From Cyanobacteriota bacterium (GTDB lineage: Bacteria > Cyanobacteriota > Cyanobacteriia > Thermostichales > Thermostichaceae): 64,000 nucleotides of DNA. The number at the start of each line of letters is the position of its first letter. Position 1 is the first letter of the stretch. A program made the position numbers and the translations under genes. Where the stretch lies: positions 24,486 to 88,485 of the forward strand of contig JANRIL010000046.1 in assembly GCA_033764955.1 (NCBI GenBank), written 5' to 3'. Below are positions 41,710-51,770 of the stretch, piece by piece. The notes under the pieces were generated by a model, which made no database searches, had not been told where the DNA came from, and saw only the letters and a program-made list of their open reading frames with translations.

Positions 41710-42470
41710 AGGGTAGCTCCTATTCAGTTTAGTGCGTTAGTCTGTCAGGAAAATCTAAAGATATCTCCCTAGAATCTCCAGCCATTCTGGAAGGTAACGA
41801 GTGGCTCAGGGATCCCTAAACAGTAGGGATAATTGACCCAGAGATAATCCAACAAAAAATGGCTGTTATCTCCAAGAACCCAATAATCCACCTCCCATTT
41901 TAGGAGAATAGTTTTCTTTTTAATTTTCCTAATCCCAGGCTCACGAAATTAGTTCAGAACCCCAATTCACAACCTCAAGTTTCTCTGGATCGGCTAACAA
42001 TAGAGGGTTCAGTAAAATTGTGAGGCTTTTGAGATTAAGTCTAAGTTAACACTTAAATTGTGGCTCTCTCTGCTAAGTTTTATATAACTTCAACATTTTT
42101 TGGCTTGTTTTTAGATTGTTGGTCTGGAGTAATTAACTAGCAAAAGATGAGAGTTTTCACCGAAACCTTGGGTAAGTCTACAGCCTTCCCCACCCCAATC
42201 TTAGCCTAATTTTCCATGGATTGAACGCTAAGAAAGACCTAACACCCTCCCATGATTTGCAGTGAGTGCAGACGGACTCACCTGCTGGATCCCAGAAGGA
42301 TCGTAAAAAGATAACCTAAAGTAACAAATTAGAGACAAATCAAAAGACTGCTTAGCAAAGTAGCGAGATGCAAACTAGGTGTAAGGGTAGGATTGCCAAT
42401 CATTATGGCCAATAGATCGGAGCCTGACAAGCTGCCCCACGGCCTGGTCAATCACAACCCACCCAGGGAG

Positions 42471-42680
42471 CTAAAACTCGATGGGTTCCCCTGCGGGGGT
42501 GACCAACTGAATTTCACCGGAGCGGATTTTTTCGGCCACCATATCCAGAAGTGCCATTTCTTCGTCGCTGATCACGCCATCAGCATCAATAGCGGCTTCA
42601 ATTTCATCGTGTTCTTGAGCCGATAATTTGCCATCGGCTAGGGCGCGGTCTACTAAGTGCTTGACATGCCCAAAATCCAT
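42471..42680 (-). CDS. Small acidic hypothetical protein
   Basis: 69 aa with two ADG..S..E repeats; GGAGG RBS. Confidence 0.6.
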   Translation of the reverse strand: MDFGHVKHLVDRALADGKLSAQEHDEIEAAIDADGVISDEEMALLDMVAEKIRSGEIQLVTPAGEPIEF

Positions 42681-42806
42681 ACGCAGTCCTCCAGCCCTAA
42701 GATTCAGGTAACCCAATGATAGTGCATAGCCTGTAAAGGTGTGAGACAGGGGGCGGCCAGGAGGGTTCCGGTTGACTCTAAAATAAGGGTCTACCTATTA
42801 TGCGGA

Positions 42807-43421
42807 ATGGCTAGTGTGGTCAATAATTTAAGCCAAAATCAGGTCGATTTGTTAAGGGTAACCAAATGGTTGGTCGGAACCTATAGCAATCGTCAGCAAG
42901 CTCTGGATCAAGCCGTTTGGTTTATTCCAGTTACTTTGTGGTATGCAGAAGTTCCTCATCTGTTCGCAGAAGGGATAGGGTTCTTTACGGAGCAAGTGAA
43001 TCAGCATAAACCCCAAGACTATTATCGCAGTCGGGTCTTGCAGCTATTGGGAGATCCGTTGCGGCTAGAAAACTATAAATTACGGGATCAATCCATGTGG
43101 GCTGGTGCTTCCCAGGATCCTCAAAAACTCTCACAATTAAAGGCTAGTGATTGCGAATGGCTAGAGGGATGTACCATCAATCTGACCTATGTTCCGCAAG
43201 CCATAAGTGCCGAGTTAGCAGATCCATCTGATAGCTATTTCGGCAACATGCAGCCAGGTGGAGCCTGTTGTCTCTCCCCCCAAGATAGGGGATATATTGA
43301 AATTGAATTTCAGTTAACGGCTGATCATTTCATTACCCTTGACCGTGGATTTGACAAGGTTACTGGGCAGCAAACCTGGGGATCCAAAGCGGGGGCTTAT
43401 CATTATCGTAAGCAGCGTTGA
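42807..43421 (+). CDS. cpcT: CpcT/CpeT-family phycobiliprotein lyase
   Basis: G.YSN.QQA...P/VWF, YR.RVL and LDRGFD..TG.Q.WGS motifs. Confidence 0.8.
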   Translation: MASVVNNLSQNQVDLLRVTKWLVGTYSNRQQALDQAVWFIPVTLWYAEVPHLFAEGIGFFTEQVNQHKPQDYYRSRVLQLLGDPLRLENYKLRDQSMWAGASQDPQKLSQLKASDCEWLEGCTINLTYVPQAISAELADPSDSYFGNMQPGGACCLSPQDRGYIEIEFQLTADHFITLDRGFDKVTGQQTWGSKAGAYHYRKQR

Positions 43422-43431
43422 GGGATCCCTA

Positions 43432-44235
43432 ATGAAAACTCAAAAAGAATGCCTAGCTTTACACTTAGGAACTTGGTATGGAATATTTTCTGAGACTACC
43501 TTTTTCAATCAAATTCCTACAGAAGCTCGGCACAAACGTAGTCAAATTATTTTTGAACAGCCTCAGCCAGAAGTGATTAGCCAATCCAATGCTTATTTAC
43601 CAGTGGAAGCAGAAAATGAGGATCTATTTCCATCTGCGAACCCTTGGTATTACCAAAATTTCTCGGCGGGATTACGTTTTTTTGAGGAGGGATCCTTCTC
43701 GAATGGACGAGTGCAACTAGCTCCTTTTTCTGATTTTGCAACTGAGCAAGGATTCTTATTTGAGAACCAAAAGATGAGGGTCGTTCAGCAGTTTGATAGC
43801 CAAGGAAGGATAAGCGCTATCACAACCATTCAAGAGGCGCGGGGAGAAAACAGTCAAGCGTGGTTATCCCAACAGATCGCCAGTCTTGCCGAACCCGTAG
43901 ATTCATCCACAGCCTTATCTGAATTTTTTGCCGAATATGAAAACAGTCGCTGGCACGGATCCGCCACAACATTGACCGCCGACCACTACACACCTAGCCA
44001 GCAGTCTGTCACACTGATTATGGGCAGGGGCAACGATTTTTGTTGGCTAGCGGCTCCCCGATTATTGCTGCGTAGTCCGCAGATTTTGCCTATTCCCACC
44101 ACTCACCGCGATCGCCACTTCCAAATCGAACTGATCTGGCTACCCAATCCTGAATATTACTTGGGCTTAATTCGCAGATACGATCGACAGGGGGCTTGGC
44201 AAGACATCACCCTTATCCAGGCCGATCGCTGGTGA
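43432..44235 (+). CDS. DUF3598-like protein
   Basis: LG.W.G.F, FF..GSFS.G..Q and LIRRYD..G.W motifs. Confidence 0.7.
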   Translation: MKTQKECLALHLGTWYGIFSETTFFNQIPTEARHKRSQIIFEQPQPEVISQSNAYLPVEAENEDLFPSANPWYYQNFSAGLRFFEEGSFSNGRVQLAPFSDFATEQGFLFENQKMRVVQQFDSQGRISAITTIQEARGENSQAWLSQQIASLAEPVDSSTALSEFFAEYENSRWHGSATTLTADHYTPSQQSVTLIMGRGNDFCWLAAPRLLLRSPQILPIPTTHRDRHFQIELIWLPNPEYYLGLIRRYDRQGAWQDITLIQADRW

Positions 44236-44387
44236 TTGAGATAGAGAGCCTAACTCCCCTGTTGGTTCAGTCTTACTCTGAATTGTTGGGCAGCCAAATC
44301 GAGGACGATTGTTGATGGTGCCCTACCCCGAAAGAGGAAATTCAATTCGCCTTTTATCAGGGCAGTTGAAAACCACGGGTTCCGAGT

Positions 44388-45308
44388 TCAAGACTTTCTC
44401 GTACCGCTGAGTTCCACCGTTAGCCACTCGCGCAAATAACGATTGACCAAGGTGGGAGCTTCGTCCTGGGGGCAATGCCCTACCCCAGGTAGCTCGATAA
44501 ACGACTTCACGCTAGAAAATTGAGCTATTTGGCGTCCCTCTTCAATGGGTTCCCACGGATCCTCAGATCCCCAGAGTAGTAGAGCCGGACAGGACAGGCG
44601 GGGTAGTAGATCTTCCAAAAGCGGCCCTTGGGAATAGCGAATGAAGGCGAGAAAGACATCCGCCGCTCCCTCCTCTTGAGCCGGTTTGAGCAACAGTTGA
44701 ACCAATTCATCGGTGACCGTTTGAGGATCCCCATAGGCTTGCTCCAGAATCTGGCGGATTACCTTAGGTTGAGCCAACTGCCGAAAAAACCAGTGACCGA
44801 GCGGTTTCCAGGTTAGGAGGGTTTGGATGATGGGGGTGCTAAGACGGCGGTGCCATGCTAACTCGGCGCGTTTGCGTTCGTGTAGGAGGCGGAGTGAGGG
44901 ATTGAGGAGAGCCACCCCGACCACCCCATCGGGATCCGTGACGGCTGCCTGGAGAGCGACAATGCCGCCGATTGAGTTACCCGCCAGATAGGTGGGTTCT
45001 CCGATGATGTGATGACAAAAATCAATCACCTGTGCTGCCCAGGTTTCAAACGTGTAGGGGATCCCCTGCGGGTGAGAGGGATCGGCGGGGGTGGGCTTAG
45101 CGGATCCTCCAAAGCCCAGCAAATCGATGGCGAACACCCGATGGTTTTGCCCCAATACCGCCAGATTATGCCGCCAGTGATCGCTGCTGGCTCCAAATCC
45201 ATGAATTAACAAGAGAGGGGATCCCTGCTCCCCTGCCCGTTGGTAACGAACGGGAAATCCCTGCCACGACCAGATGTGGTGGGTAACCGCAATATGCTCA
45301 GCAATCAT
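44388..45308 (-). CDS. Alpha/beta fold hydrolase
   Basis: LIHGFGAS, GNSIGG and GHCPQDE motifs. Confidence 0.9.
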   Translation of the reverse strand: MIAEHIAVTHHIWSWQGFPVRYQRAGEQGSPLLLIHGFGASSDHWRHNLAVLGQNHRVFAIDLLGFGGSAKPTPADPSHPQGIPYTFETWAAQVIDFCHHIIGEPTYLAGNSIGGIVALQAAVTDPDGVVGVALLNPSLRLLHERKRAELAWHRRLSTPIIQTLLTWKPLGHWFFRQLAQPKVIRQILEQAYGDPQTVTDELVQLLLKPAQEEGAADVFLAFIRYSQGPLLEDLLPRLSCPALLLWGSEDPWEPIEEGRQIAQFSSVKSFIELPGVGHCPQDEAPTLVNRYLREWLTVELSGTRKS

Positions 45309-45525
45309 GCCATCTAGCCTTAAGCAGGAAAGATATTTCCAGAATGCCTGAAAACGCTCACAGATGCCCAGATCCACGCTTCCGTTTGACGGGGGGATAG
45401 AATATCTGCGCCAAAAGATTCAGACTACCTAGGGGACGGTAGGATGACATTCTTGAGGTTGATCATGATCCGACAGATTTTGGAGTGATTAGATCCGTAT
45501 AGATCAGGCTTGGCTGTGGCAGCAG

Positions 45526-46077
45526 ATGGCGGCGATCAACCAGAGAATTAGGGAGCAAAGACAGCCAACTCCCATGACATCCCAACAGCAAACATTAACC
45601 ACTGTGGAGGCAGAGATCCGTTACAAGACAGATCAAGAGCGTTGCTACGTGGTCGATGCAGATGGCAGCATTATGCTGGTTAAAGATGGCGACGCATCCT
45701 CGGCCACCTTTGCCGCCGAGGACTTGCCGTTGGTTCGTGGGAAAGCACTAACCCACAACCACCCCAATGGAGGCTCGCTCTCGCCAGAAGATATTGATTG
45801 CTTGCTAACGATCTGACCCAGTCAGATCAGGGCTGTATCGGGGGAATTTAAGTATTCCATGAAGCTGCCTGATAACCCGGTTGACGTATTCTTTCGTATT
45901 CGTTCTCGATTTGCTGTTGTTTCTAACGAAACTAAAAGACGTCTTAAAGAAGAAATTGATAGAGGTGATATCTCGGAAACGGTTGCTCAACAGGAGTTTC
46001 TACATCAAGTATGGACTCAGCTAGCTCAAGAGTTAGGATTGGACTATCAGCGGTTGGAGTGGGCAGATGAAGACTAG
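45526..46077 (+). pseudogene. MuF C-terminal JAB/MPN-like domain interrupted by one in-frame TGA
   Basis: THNHPNGGSLSPEDI motif. ORFs 45526-45816 and 45859-46077 share a frame, separated only by TGA 45814-45816. Confidence 0.65.
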
Positions 46078-46288
46078 GGATGGTGGTTTTGTCATCGACC
46101 GTTATCAGTTTTACTGGGAAACCCCATGCCGTGATTGTCGGCATTTTGTCTGGGATGGGGAATGTGCCGCCTTCCCAAATGGGATCCCTTTGGAGATTTG
46201 GGATGCCCGCAATGATCACCGTCAACCCTACCCAGGAGACCATGGGATCCAGTTTGAACCCATGCCTTTGCCCATCAAGACTCGCTAA
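46067..46288 (+). CDS. Small Cys/His phage-type protein, putative partner or immunity protein
   Basis: C..C.H.....C.AFP.GIP.EI.....H..P.PGD.GIQFEP motif; overlaps the upstream ORF end. Confidence 0.6.
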   Translation: MKTRDGGFVIDRYQFYWETPCRDCRHFVWDGECAAFPNGIPLEIWDARNDHRQPYPGDHGIQFEPMPLPIKTR

Positions 46289-46475
46289 TGGTCAAACTCG
46301 CCATCACCATAGCGAACCCTCGACTGAGGCAACTACTTGCCCGGATCGACACCACTTTCTACAACCGGAAGCCCCTCTACCAGGCTTGGGCAAACTACCT
46401 CGAATCTCGCGTCTTAACACCTTCAAACAAAAAAACTCTGTGAGAGGTCAGGTGTGGTCGGAACTCAAGCCCGCC
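46288..46475 (+). pseudogene. Truncated phage virion morphogenesis gene
   Basis: MVKLAITIANPRLRQLLARID...PLYQAWANYLESRV, homologous to the gene starting at 25337. Confidence 0.7.
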
Positions 46476-46621
46476 ACAGGAGCAGAAACCGGAACGGTTA
46501 AATAGTCCTGACTTTATGCTTGCCTTTGCTATTCCTTGTTGAGTTGGGTGCTGAATTGGGTTTAGATTGCGGTGGCGGCAATGCAAAAATAAAGAAAGCT
46601 AACATTCTTGCTTGAGGAATT

Positions 46622-47224
46622 TTGACCGTGCTAGACGCAATTTTGCCTGAGGCGATCCGCCGATACTCCTACCGTTCCCGCCATCTGGGATCCCTTCTCC
46701 TCACCATCACCCTCCTGTTCAGTCTGGTGCTCACGGGATGTTCGAGTGTCGGTAATTTGCGGGTTTATCGTGATGCCAATGGGGCTTATTCTTTTGCCTA
46801 TCCCAACGGTATGCTGCCTGTGGATCGGGGATCCCCACGGGGACCCGCGGTTTTGCTGCGAGACTTGGTGGATGACACCGAAAACGTCAATCTGATGATT
46901 GCCCCCTTTGATCGGGCAGATACTCTTCAGTCCCTGGGTTCTCCCCGTGAAGTGGGATCGCGTGTTGCCGACAAAATGATTGCTCCCCCTGGGTCAGGGC
47001 GGACTGCCCATCTTTTGAATGCGGGGCAACTGGAACGAGCAGGGAAAACCTACTATGTCTTGGAATACGCCATTGAAATCGGATCCCAGCATCGCCATGA
47101 TGTCGTTGCTCTGACCATCAACCGCCATCAACTTTACACCTTGACTGCCTCCACCGAAGAAAGCCGTTGGCCGCTAGTAAAGGATAATTTTTATGCTGTG
47201 GCTCAGTCCTTGCAAGTTAGTTAA
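46622..47224 (+). CDS. psbP: Photosystem II PsbP (CyanoP) lipoprotein
   Basis: Lipobox LTGC; ENVNL.I, LGSP.EVG, YY.LEY and LYTLT.S..E.RW motifs. Confidence 0.85.
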   Translation: MTVLDAILPEAIRRYSYRSRHLGSLLLTITLLFSLVLTGCSSVGNLRVYRDANGAYSFAYPNGMLPVDRGSPRGPAVLLRDLVDDTENVNLMIAPFDRADTLQSLGSPREVGSRVADKMIAPPGSGRTAHLLNAGQLERAGKTYYVLEYAIEIGSQHRHDVVALTINRHQLYTLTASTEESRWPLVKDNFYAVAQSLQVS

Positions 47225-47792
47225 CTTACCAGTTGGTTTACTTACCAAGGGGAGGAGTCAGACCTACTCTTGTCTGGTAGCCTTCTGACATAGGCTGCCT
47301 GGGTGAAATTGCCGCTAGGATAGGTTGAGAGGTGAGAAGCGTGGGTCTGCTCCAGACGGGAAGGAGTTTTGACCCGCTAGAAATGAGGTGCTCCTGGAGC
47401 ATTCCCTGAGGCGGTGGCTTGAATCGATGGATCTCTGTGGGGAATCGGCATGGTCTGCTGAGCTGCCCCCTTAGCTAAGTCATAGGTGAACTACCCCGTC
47501 AATCGGTGATAGGGATCACAGACCAATCTTGCTATTTCCTAGCGGAATGGAGGTGGGTATTCTTTATCAGTTGGAGAAGCATACTTATTGAAGTGCCGCT
47601 AGTTCAGATCCGAAAAGGTTGATTGTGTTATCCATTGTCACACGAATTGTCACTGAAAAAGATATCTCTGTATATGGGTTTATCCAAGCGTAGCTCTCAG
47701 GAATTACCACCATTCATTTCTCTGCACGGTTATTGAGGGATCCCGCCTGATGATAAATCGCCGATGGCTAATTCCTCACACCTTATGATTTC

Positions 47793-48626
47793 ATGAGTTA
47801 CACCTCCTCCCCCCCTACAGCAATGTCAACAAGCGGTCTTCACATCATTCAAATCACCGACCTACACTTGTTTGCCAAGCCGCACAAGGATTTGTTAGGG
47901 GTTGTAACGGAGAAATCATTTCAGGCTGTTTTATCGACGGTTGCCAGTCTATGGCCGCTGCCGGAGGTGATGCTGTTAACCGGTGATCTCTCTCAGGATG
48001 GAAGTATTGCCTCTTATAGTCGCCTGAAAATGTTTTTGAAGGATCTCCCGATTGACATCTATTGGCTGGCCGGCAACCATGACCGCTTAAGTGCCATGCA
48101 GTCTGAACTGAGCGGTAATCAGGTCTACCCTGACAAAGTATTTTGCCGACAAGGTTGGGTTTTTCTTCTTCTCAACTCGTTAGTTCCTGGTAAAGATAGC
48201 GGCTATTTAACCAAGGAGACCCTCAAAGATTTACACAAGAATTTGCAGCAAGCCGCTGACCAGGGGCAGCATGTCTTATTGAGCCTACATCATCCTCCTT
48301 TCCCGGTTCAGTCCGAATGGTTGGATGGTAGCACTCTACAAAATCCTGAGGATTTATTTGAGGTTTTGGATCAGTTTGATCATGTCAGAGTGGTGCTGTT
48401 TGGTCATGTTCATCAAGAGTTGCACCATGCCAGAGGAGGAGTGGAATATTTTGCTTGTCCCTCCACCTGTATTCAATTTAAGCCCTATAGTCAAGACTTT
48501 CATCTGGATGAAGTTCCGCCCGCCTTTCGAGAAATATGGCTATATCCAGATGGCAGTTTTAAGACTCAACTGACACGAGTACCTGAAGGATTCCAGCAAC
48601 CCAATCTTCAGATGAAAGGCTACTAA
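47793..48626 (+). CDS. cpdA: 3',5'-cyclic-nucleotide phosphodiesterase (Icc/CpdA)
   Basis: DLH, TGDLSQDG, GNHD, HHPP, GHVH and PSTC.QF motifs. Confidence 0.88.
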   Translation: MSYTSSPPTAMSTSGLHIIQITDLHLFAKPHKDLLGVVTEKSFQAVLSTVASLWPLPEVMLLTGDLSQDGSIASYSRLKMFLKDLPIDIYWLAGNHDRLSAMQSELSGNQVYPDKVFCRQGWVFLLLNSLVPGKDSGYLTKETLKDLHKNLQQAADQGQHVLLSLHHPPFPVQSEWLDGSTLQNPEDLFEVLDQFDHVRVVLFGHVHQELHHARGGVEYFACPSTCIQFKPYSQDFHLDEVPPAFREIWLYPDGSFKTQLTRVPEGFQQPNLQMKGY

Positions 48627-48929
48627 AATAGAGATATAGTTATTCCAATTTAATAGTACAACCTATATTCAGAGAGATGCCAAGATCAAGGACGAAGCAG
48701 TCCAACATGTGCTCCTACTACAGAATGGCAGATATTTATCCAAGAGACGATATTATCTATTAATCAGTGGGATATCATCTCGGATCGTCTGAATAATCAA
48801 TATTTTGCACGATAATCACCTGTGAGGGGTTTTGATCTGGCTTAATGAACGGTAATGAGTTTACACCCAAACCTAAAAAACTTCCTCACGCTGAGTGCAT
48901 GTGAGTAATGAGCAAATGTGAGTAAATTG

Positions 48930-48962
48930 AATAAAAGGGATCCCCGTTCGGTGGAGATCCCT
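48930..48962 (-). terminator. Putative intrinsic terminator downstream of rpe
   Basis: Minus strand reads AGGGATCTCC-ACCGAAC-GGGGATCCCT followed by TTTATT. Confidence 0.5.
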
Positions 48963-49063
48963 GGACAAATTGATTGATTAATCCTGGGCGGAGCTAGCAG
49001 GAAGGCCAGTCCCTGAGGGATCCCTCTGGCTAAAAGGGGTAGGGTTGGTGGAGAGAAGTTTAT

Positions 49064-49750
49064 TTAGGCGGTGACCAATTCGGGACGCTTGCTGTGGCGA
49101 ATACTGCGAATAGCTTCGGCATAATCACGCGCCTTAAAAACGGCGGATCCCGCCACAATCGCATTGGCTCCTGCCTCCAAAACCTGCCAAGTATTACTGC
49201 CCTTTAGTCCCCCATCCACTTCAATCCAGGGATCCAAGCCTTTTTCCTCGCAGATCTGCCGTAGGTGGCGAATTTTGGGCAAGACTTCTGGAATGAAACT
49301 TTGTCCGCCAAAGCCAGGATTGACGCTCATGATCAGCACTAGATCACATAACTCCAAAACGTATTCGATCAAGCTGAGGGGGCTGCCCGGATTGAGCACA
49401 ACTCCGGCTTTTTTGCCCAAATCTTTGATTTGACCGAGGGTGCGGTGCAAATGGATGGTGGCACTGGCTTCGGCGTGGACATAGATGTGGTCGGCTCCGG
49501 CTTTGGCAAAGTCTTCCACATAGCGCTCTGGCTCTACAATCATCAAATGCACATCCAAGGGCTTGCTGGTGACGGGGCGCAGTGCCTCCACAATCAAGGG
49601 GCCAATCGTGATGTTAGGAACAAACCGACCATCCATCACATCGACATGGATCCAATCGGCTCCCGCCGCATCTACGGCGCGGACTTCATCCCCCAACCGA
49701 CTGAAATCCGCAGAAAGGATAGAAGGGGCTATCACAACAGGCTTGCTCAT
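49064..49750 (-). CDS. rpe: Ribulose-phosphate 3-epimerase
   Basis: [26 protein letters not shown] and EVDGG motifs. Confidence 0.97.
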   Translation of the reverse strand: MSKPVVIAPSILSADFSRLGDEVRAVDAAGADWIHVDVMDGRFVPNITIGPLIVEALRPVTSKPLDVHLMIVEPERYVEDFAKAGADHIYVHAEASATIHLHRTLGQIKDLGKKAGVVLNPGSPLSLIEYVLELCDLVLIMSVNPGFGGQSFIPEVLPKIRHLRQICEEKGLDPWIEVDGGLKGSNTWQVLEAGANAIVAGSAVFKARDYAEAIRSIRHSKRPELVTA

Positions 49751-49968
49751 GGGGCAAATCTCAGGGGGTGAATTGTTAAGCAGTTCTATAGTATGTGGTT
49801 TTGTCCCTCTTCGCCTAGCGATTCGCTGGGATGAGGAGGAATGAAGTAAAATTTCTGTTAAGTTTGTGGTTGACTTCTGCTCAGACTTTATTACGGAGTG
49901 TCACGAAGCTGGACAGGAGATTAGGACAACAGCAATTAGTGGTTAGGGATATCCCCTTGAGGTGACAA

Positions 49969-51189
49969 ATGCACATCGCCTGGATTGGCAAAAAGACCCC
50001 CTTTTGCGGCAATGTCACCTATGGTCGGGAAGTGACTAATGCCTTGCTCGATCGCGGACATCAGGTTAGTTTTTTTCACTTCGCTACGGAGTCCGATGGC
50101 AGCAAGCCCATCTCCTCAACCCCAGAACGGGGGGGAGATCCTGTCACGGCGCTTGCCCCCTATGCCCATGACTGGGAGACGGATCCCGAATCGCGGGATG
50201 TTTCCTTGCCCTGCCTCTACAAATCCCAGATCTATACTATCCCCGACCCCAAAGCGGCTAAGGTGCTAACTGATGCCTTGCACAGCCTGCAACCGGATTT
50301 GGTTCATGCCTCCCTCACCCTCTCGCCGATGGATTTTGTGTTGCCGGAGATCTGCGGCGATCTGAGGATCCCGTTGCTGTCAACCTTTCATCCAGCTTTT
50401 GATCGGCGTCGCCGCAACATTGCCTCCCATACGCAACATTTGGCCTACCAGATTTATGCGCCTTTTTTAGCCAACTATGACCGGACGATTGTCTTTTCTC
50501 AGGTGCAAAGGGATGTCTTGGTCAAGTTAGGGCTGCGTCCAGAGCAGGTGGTAGCGATTCCGAATGGGGTGGATGTCGATAAATATTCCCCTGGCCCTTC
50601 CCGCTTCAAAGAGACCCTGGAGGCGGATCGGCTGTTTGTCTATCAAGGGCGGATTGCCCCCGAAAAAAATGTGGAGGCGCTTCTCAAAGCCTGGAAACAA
50701 GCCCAATTGGGGGAACGCTGCAAACTGGTGATGATTGGGGATGGTCCGCTGGCTAGCACCCTTAAGTCTTTTTATCACCAGCAGCATGGGGTGATCTGGC
50801 TGGGTTATGTGGGGGATGAACAACGGCGGATTGATATCTTGCGGGGATGCGATGTGTTTATCTTGCCCTCTTTGATCGAGGGGCTTTCCTTATCGCTGCT
50901 GGAGGCGATGGCCTGTGGATTGGCGGTGGTGGCTACTGATGTCGGCGCAGATGGGGAAGTTTTGGCGGATGGAGCGGGTATTCTTCTGGAACCTCAGCGG
51001 GTGACGGCTGATCTGTTGACTCTCCTGCCCCTGCTGCGGGATCAAACGGAATTTACGCAACTGCTCGGTGTGAAAGCCCGCCAACGGGTTTTGCAGCGCT
51101 ATACCCTGAGTGGCAATATTACGCAGTTGGAGCAAACCTATGCCCAGTTGCTACCCAGTCGCGGGATCCCTCCTCTCACGCGGGTTTGA
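49969..51189 (+). CDS. dgdA: GT4 glycosyltransferase, DGDG synthase
   Basis: MHIAWIGKKTPFCGNVTYG N-terminus; EGLSLSLLEAMA motif. Confidence 0.8.
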   Translation: MHIAWIGKKTPFCGNVTYGREVTNALLDRGHQVSFFHFATESDGSKPISSTPERGGDPVTALAPYAHDWETDPESRDVSLPCLYKSQIYTIPDPKAAKVLTDALHSLQPDLVHASLTLSPMDFVLPEICGDLRIPLLSTFHPAFDRRRRNIASHTQHLAYQIYAPFLANYDRTIVFSQVQRDVLVKLGLRPEQVVAIPNGVDVDKYSPGPSRFKETLEADRLFVYQGRIAPEKNVEALLKAWKQAQLGERCKLVMIGDGPLASTLKSFYHQQHGVIWLGYVGDEQRRIDILRGCDVFILPSLIEGLSLSLLEAMACGLAVVATDVGADGEVLADGAGILLEPQRVTADLLTLLPLLRDQTEFTQLLGVKARQRVLQRYTLSGNITQLEQTYAQLLPSRGIPPLTRV

Positions 51190-51257
51190 GTTGTGGGTTT
51201 GACAAGGTCGGATGAAGGGCCAAAACTAAAAGTGCCCTTTCCCCTCCCGAACTGTGT

Positions 51258-51752
51258 ATGACCTCCTTTCAGATCCGCTCTGCTCGTCCCGGCGATCACC
51301 AGGTGATTTTTAGGCTGATCTCCGCCCTCGCTGATTACGAAAAAATGGCGGATCGGGTAACGGGATCCCCAGAACAGTTGGCTGAGTATCTGTTTGGGGC
51401 ACAACCCATAGCGGAAGTATTGCTGGCCGAGGTTCCCGATCAGCCAGAAGCCGTCGGATTTGCCCTGTTTTTCCCTAACTTCTCCACCTTTCTGACTCAG
51501 CCGGGACTCTATCTAGAAGATCTGTTTGTGCAGCCAGCTTATCGGCAGTTGGGTATTGGCAAAGCGCTGTTGGTGCAACTGGCTCAACTGGCGGTGCAGC
51601 GGGGTTATGGGCGGTTGGAATGGATGGTTTTGGATTGGAATCAGCCCGCGATTGGGTTTTATCAACGCATCGGGGCGGAGGCTCTCAACGAATGGATCCC
51701 CAATCGGGTGAGTGGCGATAACCTGATTAAACTGGCACAGGGATTGATCTGA
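51258..51752 (+). CDS. GNAT N-acetyltransferase (SSAT-like)
   Basis: LYLEDLFV...R..GIG and VLDWN.PAI.FY motifs. Confidence 0.9.
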   Translation: MTSFQIRSARPGDHQVIFRLISALADYEKMADRVTGSPEQLAEYLFGAQPIAEVLLAEVPDQPEAVGFALFFPNFSTFLTQPGLYLEDLFVQPAYRQLGIGKALLVQLAQLAVQRGYGRLEWMVLDWNQPAIGFYQRIGAEALNEWIPNRVSGDNLIKLAQGLI

Positions 51753-51770
51753 GGGGTTCATCCTCTTGAC

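Larger units (their letters stand above)
45379..46475 (+). mobile_element. Mu-like prophage relic 2 (MuF N-terminus and linker, JAB-like domain, small partner, truncated virion morphogenesis gene)
   Basis: LPFDGGIEYLRQK..DDILEVDHD (MuF N-terminus-like). Linker and gpG-like segments are homologous to relic 1. Confidence 0.7.

Noticed and set aside
47230..47790. Long psbP-cpdA intergenic region with short hairpins and a GTGAACTACCCCGTC IS605-end-like word
   Set aside because: No riboswitch or ncRNA consensus could be matched, and the IS-like word is too short to support a call.
48899..48925. ATGTGAGTAA direct repeat
   Set aside because: Only two copies in AT-rich DNA between convergent genes; plausible by chance.
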